From Sphingobacteriales bacterium (GTDB taxonomy: Bacteria > Bacteroidota > Bacteroidia > Chitinophagales > Chitinophagaceae): a stretch of 64,000 bases of DNA. Both the position numbers and the translations under genes were made by a program. This document shows, in pieces, positions 59,367-64,000 of the stretch (positions are counted from its first letter, which is position 1; each line of letters opens with the position of its first letter). The DNA is taken from positions 55,405-119,404 of the forward strand of contig SEFT01000011.1 in the NCBI GenBank assembly GCA_004144175.1, written 5' to 3'. The notes under the pieces were generated by a model that saw nothing but the letters and a program-made list of their open reading frames with translations, was not told the origin of the DNA and ran no database searches.

Positions 59367-61298
59367 CTAACGTATCAGTATAGCGTCGCCCTTTATCAGT
59401 TCATCCTTGCCAAACCTGTTGGTAACACTCAGCACCCAGAAATAAGTGCCCAGATCGGCGGTCTCACCTTTGAACCAACCATCCCAGCCGTCGAAGAAGG
59501 TCTTGGTCTCATACACCATTTCGCCAAAACGGTTAAAGACACGGAAGTATTTGATATTGGCGTAGCCCACGCTTATCGGGCGTAGCTTGTCATTCTTGCC
59601 ATCACCATTTGGCGTAAAGGCCGTCGGCACCCACAGAGATGGCTGCCCTACTACCCATACTTTGATAGAATCGTTTCCTTCGCAGCCTGTAACAGTCGAT
59701 ATGTGTACATTATACGAATACCTACCCGTGTCCGGGTAGAAGCCGGTTGGGTTATTACGCTCGCGGAAATTGAGCCCGGTCGATGGCGTCCATACATAGT
59801 AGTTGCCGCCGGTGGCATTGAAGTTGATGATCTCGCCTTTTACAATAATTGTATCGTTGCCGGCAAACGGCACAAAGCGTTCGATACTGACTACTTTTGT
59901 GGCTGTATCCCTGCACCCTTTCACATTCTTAGATACCAGCATCACGTTATAATCGCCACCTACATTCCAGGCATGTTTAGGGTGCTGCTCGCTTGACTCC
60001 GTATTATCGCCGAAGTTCCAGTACCAGCCATCTATGGGCTTGAAACTAGCATCCGATTTATCGGTAAAGCTGATCTCCGACCTAGGGCATTTCAGGCCGC
60101 TAAATTCGTAGTCTGTAGTATGTGTAGGATATACCTTTACAATACGGCTGATGCTATCGGGGCAGGTAGAACCGGGATTTACTACCAGCTTTACTACGTA
60201 AGTGCCCGTATCAGGATAAGTGTAAGTAGGCTGAAAATCTGTTGACGCAGCACCGGCTACGCCGAAAGACCAGTCGTAAGCAAAGCCGCCCGTACTTTGG
60301 TTCACAAAACCTACCTGTAGGCTGTTGCACTGCACTACATAGGTATTGAACTCTTCAGAAAACTGCGGGATATTTGCTACTACAGCCTTTGAACAGTTAG
60401 TTACCACAAACTGAAATTCACGCTTCACGGTATTTATCACCTTGCCACCTCGCCATTCGTCGCAACAAACGGTAACGACATAGCGGCCTAATAAATTAGG
60501 GGTGCCGCTAATCATACCTGTGGCGGGGTTTATCTGGATGGTAGGATTACCTGCTATTGGCCGGGACGCTGAGAAGCCGGGCATATATCTTACCAGACCA
60601 GGATTTGTAGATAAGGGCCATGGTTTAGCATCCTGGTTGCTGCCACCTTCAAATGACTGGCAGAAAGAATAACTAAGGGAGTCGCCATCAGGGTCTGAAG
60701 CCGAATGATCGTAAACGAGCGGGTTATTTACACAGATGATCTGTGGCGGAAAATTTTTGTAAACTGCGCTGTTGTTGCAGGTGTTTGGTGGTATATCACA
60801 GAAGTAGGTAGCGCCTGTAGTATTCGGGAACATGATATTATTCACCGACTCATTGCGACAGCAACGAATGTACATGATCCGGTACCCGCTATTGTTGGGC
60901 CGGAGGGTACGTGTAAATATGAAAGTAAGCTTTGTAAGACAAGTAGGTGGTGGATTGTTAACGCAACTGTTGCTGAAGTTTGGCGGCACCACCGTCGATG
61001 ATGTAGACCTTACAGAATCGAGCGAAGGCGGGCCACCATCAAGGTTGAAAACGCCTATAAAAGCGGGATCGTCGTCCGCACGGGCTGCACCATGCCCTGT
61101 GAGGCAATCCTGATATATATCGAGCCTTATTTCATAATTATTGCCGCCAATGCACCTGTAGGTCATTTCGCCACCTACTATATGCGAGGCATACAAGCTG
61201 CCTGCGCGCCAGAGTAGTAATGCGATTAACAGGAAAACAAAACGATATGGAGCTTTAGGGTTCCTCATGCTGCACGGTAGCAATGTAAAACGCCTCAA
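59367..61298 (-). CDS. T9SS type-B (CHU_C) cargo with Cys-rich N-domain and PKD repeats, paralogue 1
   Basis: SHIVGGEMTYRC, two PKD (W.FG) repeats, PTAFTPNGDGKND...FNRFG...WDG CTD; start could be 61268. Confidence 0.92.
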   Translation of the reverse strand: MRRFTLLPCSMRNPKAPYRFVFLLIALLLWRAGSLYASHIVGGEMTYRCIGGNNYEIRLDIYQDCLTGHGAARADDDPAFIGVFNLDGGPPSLDSVRSTSSTVVPPNFSNSCVNNPPPTCLTKLTFIFTRTLRPNNSGYRIMYIRCCRNESVNNIMFPNTTGATYFCDIPPNTCNNSAVYKNFPPQIICVNNPLVYDHSASDPDGDSLSYSFCQSFEGGSNQDAKPWPLSTNPGLVRYMPGFSASRPIAGNPTIQINPATGMISGTPNLLGRYVVTVCCDEWRGGKVINTVKREFQFVVTNCSKAVVANIPQFSEEFNTYVVQCNSLQVGFVNQSTGGFAYDWSFGVAGAASTDFQPTYTYPDTGTYVVKLVVNPGSTCPDSISRIVKVYPTHTTDYEFSGLKCPRSEISFTDKSDASFKPIDGWYWNFGDNTESSEQHPKHAWNVGGDYNVMLVSKNVKGCRDTATKVVSIERFVPFAGNDTIIVKGEIINFNATGGNYYVWTPSTGLNFRERNNPTGFYPDTGRYSYNVHISTVTGCEGNDSIKVWVVGQPSLWVPTAFTPNGDGKNDKLRPISVGYANIKYFRVFNRFGEMVYETKTFFDGWDGWFKGETADLGTYFWVLSVTNRFGKDELIKGDAILIR

Positions 61299-61358
61299 TT
61301 TACATCATTATTTTGTGCGGATATCACCGCTGCGTAAAATGGTACAATCCGGCAATGG

Positions 61359-63257
61359 CTATCTCACCAGGATAGCATCGCCTTTCACCAGTTCTTGCTG
61401 GCCAAAGCGGTTGGTGGCACTCAGCACCCAGAAGTAGGTGCCGATATCGGCCATCTCTCCTTTATACCAGCCATCCCAGCCGTCATAGAAGTTGTTGGTC
61501 TCGAATACCATTTCGCCAAAGCGATTAAACACACGGAAATACTTTATACCGGTGTATCCTGCTGATATGGGTCGGAGCAGATCGTTCTTACCATCTTTAT
61601 TAGGGGTAAAGGCATTAGGCACCCATAGCGATGGCTGGTTGACAACCCATATGCGTATAGAATCTTCGCCCTGGCAACCTTTGAGGCTTTTGATAAACAC
61701 ACGATAGGTAAACCTGCCGGTGTCGGGATAAGTGCCTGTTGGGTTACTTCGCTCCGAAAAATCGAGATAAGTAGATGGAGTCCAGATGAATTCTGTTCCT
61801 CCCGTTGCATTAAAGTTGATCTTCTCGCCTTTAACTATGACTGTATCGTTACCGGCAAAGGGCTTAAAGTCTTCTATAGCTACTTCCCTGCGTGCTGTAT
61901 CCACACACCCCCTTATCGAGGTAGAAGTGAGGGCTACATTATATACGCCACCCTTAGCAAAGGAGTGTGTTGGGTTTTGCTCTGTTGATATGCCCTCGTC
62001 ACCAAAATTCCATAGCCAACCGGTAATGGGCTTGTAGGTAGCCGAAGAAAGGTCGGTAAATTGTATAGGTAAATTTGGGCATGGCAGCCCCGAAAACTCA
62101 AAATCAGCTTTGTATTCAGGATACACTTTTACAAAGCGTGTGATACTGTCTGGACAGGTAGAACCCTCATTTACTACGAGCTTTACAATATATACACCGG
62201 TATCAGGGTAAGTATAAGTTGGCTGAAATTCAGTTGAAGTACCGCCGGGCACACCAAAATCCCATTTATAGGCAAAACCACCCGTACTTTGGTTGATGAA
62301 GGATACCGTTTGCGAACGGCACTCTACAATGTATGTATTGAACTCAGTTGAAAACTGCGGAATATTAGCCACAACGGCTTTAGAGCAGTTGGTAACCACA
62401 AACTGAAATTCGCGCTTCACCGTATTTATCAGCTCGCCGTTCCGCCATTCGTTGCAGCACACCGTTACCACAAAACGCCCGAGCTGATTGGGCGTACCAC
62501 TGATCATTCCCGTGGTAGGATTGATCTGTAAAGCGGGTGTGCCCGAAATAGGCCTGCCCGATGAATACCCGGGAGCATATAGCACAGTCCTCGGAAACTG
62601 AGTAGTGGCAAATGGCTTGGGATTAAAATTGTCACCGCCTTCAAACGATTCGCAAAAAGTATAACTCAATGAATCACCATCTGCATCGCTGGCAGAGTGG
62701 TCATATACCAAAGGGTTATTTATGCAAATGATCTGCGGTGGAAAGTTCCTGAATGATGCACCACTATTGCAACTAGCTGTGCTGGCAGGTGGTATGTCAC
62801 AAAAATAAGTAGCCCCTGTTTCGCTGGGGAACAAGATATTATTGATGGCGGCATTGCGGCAACAACGCACATAAGCTATACGATAGCCCCGCTGATTGGG
62901 ACGCAATGTGTAGCGTTTGAAAAAAGTAACTTTGGTAAGGCAGGTAGGTGGTGCATTGTTAACGCAGCTATTGTTGAACTCGGGTGGAACAACAGAAAAT
63001 GAAGATGCAGAGATAGAGTCATTGAAAAGAGTGCCGTCGTCGAGATTAAAAACAGTGATGAATGCAGGCGTATCCTGTGCCCTCGCCAGGTCCTGCCCAT
63101 TAAGGCAATCCTGGTATATATCTAGCCGGAGTTCGTACACATTTTGCCCTACGCATCTGTAGGTCAATTCTCCGCCTACGATATGTGAGGCCATAACCTG
63201 CCCTACTGACCCCAGCAGGAGTACCAGCAGACATGCTATGAAAATATGACCCTTCAT
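61359..63257 (-). CDS. T9SS type-B (CHU_C) cargo with Cys-rich N-domain and PKD repeats, paralogue 2
   Basis: SHIVGGELTYRC, same architecture, PNAFTPNKDGKND CTD. Confidence 0.92.
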   Translation of the reverse strand: MKGHIFIACLLVLLLGSVGQVMASHIVGGELTYRCVGQNVYELRLDIYQDCLNGQDLARAQDTPAFITVFNLDDGTLFNDSISASSFSVVPPEFNNSCVNNAPPTCLTKVTFFKRYTLRPNQRGYRIAYVRCCRNAAINNILFPSETGATYFCDIPPASTASCNSGASFRNFPPQIICINNPLVYDHSASDADGDSLSYTFCESFEGGDNFNPKPFATTQFPRTVLYAPGYSSGRPISGTPALQINPTTGMISGTPNQLGRFVVTVCCNEWRNGELINTVKREFQFVVTNCSKAVVANIPQFSTEFNTYIVECRSQTVSFINQSTGGFAYKWDFGVPGGTSTEFQPTYTYPDTGVYIVKLVVNEGSTCPDSITRFVKVYPEYKADFEFSGLPCPNLPIQFTDLSSATYKPITGWLWNFGDEGISTEQNPTHSFAKGGVYNVALTSTSIRGCVDTARREVAIEDFKPFAGNDTVIVKGEKINFNATGGTEFIWTPSTYLDFSERSNPTGTYPDTGRFTYRVFIKSLKGCQGEDSIRIWVVNQPSLWVPNAFTPNKDGKNDLLRPISAGYTGIKYFRVFNRFGEMVFETNNFYDGWDGWYKGEMADIGTYFWVLSATNRFGQQELVKGDAILVR

Positions 63258-63270
63258 TCAATAGACTTTA

Positions 63271-64000
63271 TCAATTACCAAAACAATACGACGTAAACTT
63301 CTTCAAATCCTCTATCAGCTTTTTTTCATCTTCGAGCATACTCATATGGCTAACATCGGGGTATACAGATACGAACGTTCTATCCGAAAGCTTGCTTTGC
63401 TCTGCGATCTTCTCAGGAGGGGCTATGGTGTCTTCTTTTCCTACTATCCATTGAACGGGATAGTTTGCACTACTCAATATACTCACTCTTTCGGGCCTGT
63501 TTATCATCGCTTTGTAAAAAGCGATGATGCTCTCTGCCGGCAGCTGCAAGCCGCGCTTTACCTGTTGCTCTATTACTTCGGGGTATTCTTCTTTAAACTT
63601 CTTCGAGAACAGGTTGGGCGTCATTTGCCTGATAAATGCATCTTTACCACCTTTCTCTATCAAAGCGATCGACTTACGGCGTGTTTCCTTCTTCTCTTCA
63701 TCATCGGCACTGGCAGTAGAATGTACCAGTGAGAGGCCTGCCAGCTTGTCTTTAAATCTTTCGGCAAAGGCAAAGGCCGTGTAGCCGCCCATAGAATGGC
63801 CTGCAACTACAGCTTTGTCGATACCTTCGTTTTCTAATATCAGGTTGAGGCTATCCGCCATGTCTTCGATCGACAAGTCGCCTGTAAAAGTGCTCTCGCC
63901 CGCGCCGGGAAGGTCGGGCACTATTACAGTAAACGATTCGGACAAAGCGGGAACTACTTTTCGCCACAGGTCTCCGTTCTCCGGAAAACCATGTACCAGT
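63271..64000 (-). CDS. Alpha/beta hydrolase; 5' end outside the window
   Basis: Frame open to base 64000 (LVHGFPENGDLW); PDLPGAG, nucleophile GHSMGG, HMSMLE. Confidence 0.92.
   Translation of the reverse strand, partial: LVHGFPENGDLWRKVVPALSESFTVIVPDLPGAGESTFTGDLSIEDMADSLNLILENEGIDKAVVAGHSMGGYTAFAFAERFKDKLAGLSLVHSTASADDEEKKETRRKSIALIEKGGKDAFIRQMTPNLFSKKFKEEYPEVIEQQVKRGLQLPAESIIAFYKAMINRPERVSILSSANYPVQWIVGKEDTIAPPEKIAEQSKLSDRTFVSVYPDVSHMSMLEDEKKLIEDLKKFTSYCFGN

Noticed and set aside
59367-63257. IVGG after the signal peptide suggesting a trypsin-like protease
   Set aside because: No His/Asp/GDSGG catalytic motifs; the rest is PKD plus CHU_C

Overview
A 64-kb chromosomal segment from a Bacteroidota organism, probably Chitinophagales-like. 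This rests on repeated TAnnTTTG -7 promoters, T9SS cargo genes, a GldM-like gene and the miaB-regulator-lptE-secG cluster. Housekeeping blocks (M16 pair, miaB to mltG, gap/pgk, ung, fdx-iscX-kdsC, kdsB-kdnB, aroK-cinA) flank an accessory region at about 20-40 kb that ends at an elongator tRNA-Met. Highlights: (1) a translationally coupled operon of an AhpD-like CxxC protein, a GAF + histidine-phosphoacceptor protein with no ATPase domain, and a stand-alone receiver; (2) three ATPase-less kinase fragments and two receivers within 11 kb, with no catalytic kinase seen in the window; (3) a tRNA-adjacent islet whose tandem membrane-protein paralogues share the peptide WRALKKALEPSP, conserved despite many synonymous changes; (4) mirror-image ECF promoters around DUF6249/sigma/anti-sigma; (5) a structured ABC-F leader with an ATG-TAG minimal uORF; (6) a kdnB-like gene behind kdsB. 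I found no CRISPR array, rRNA, integrase or transposase. All family calls are from motif recognition by eye; no database search was run.
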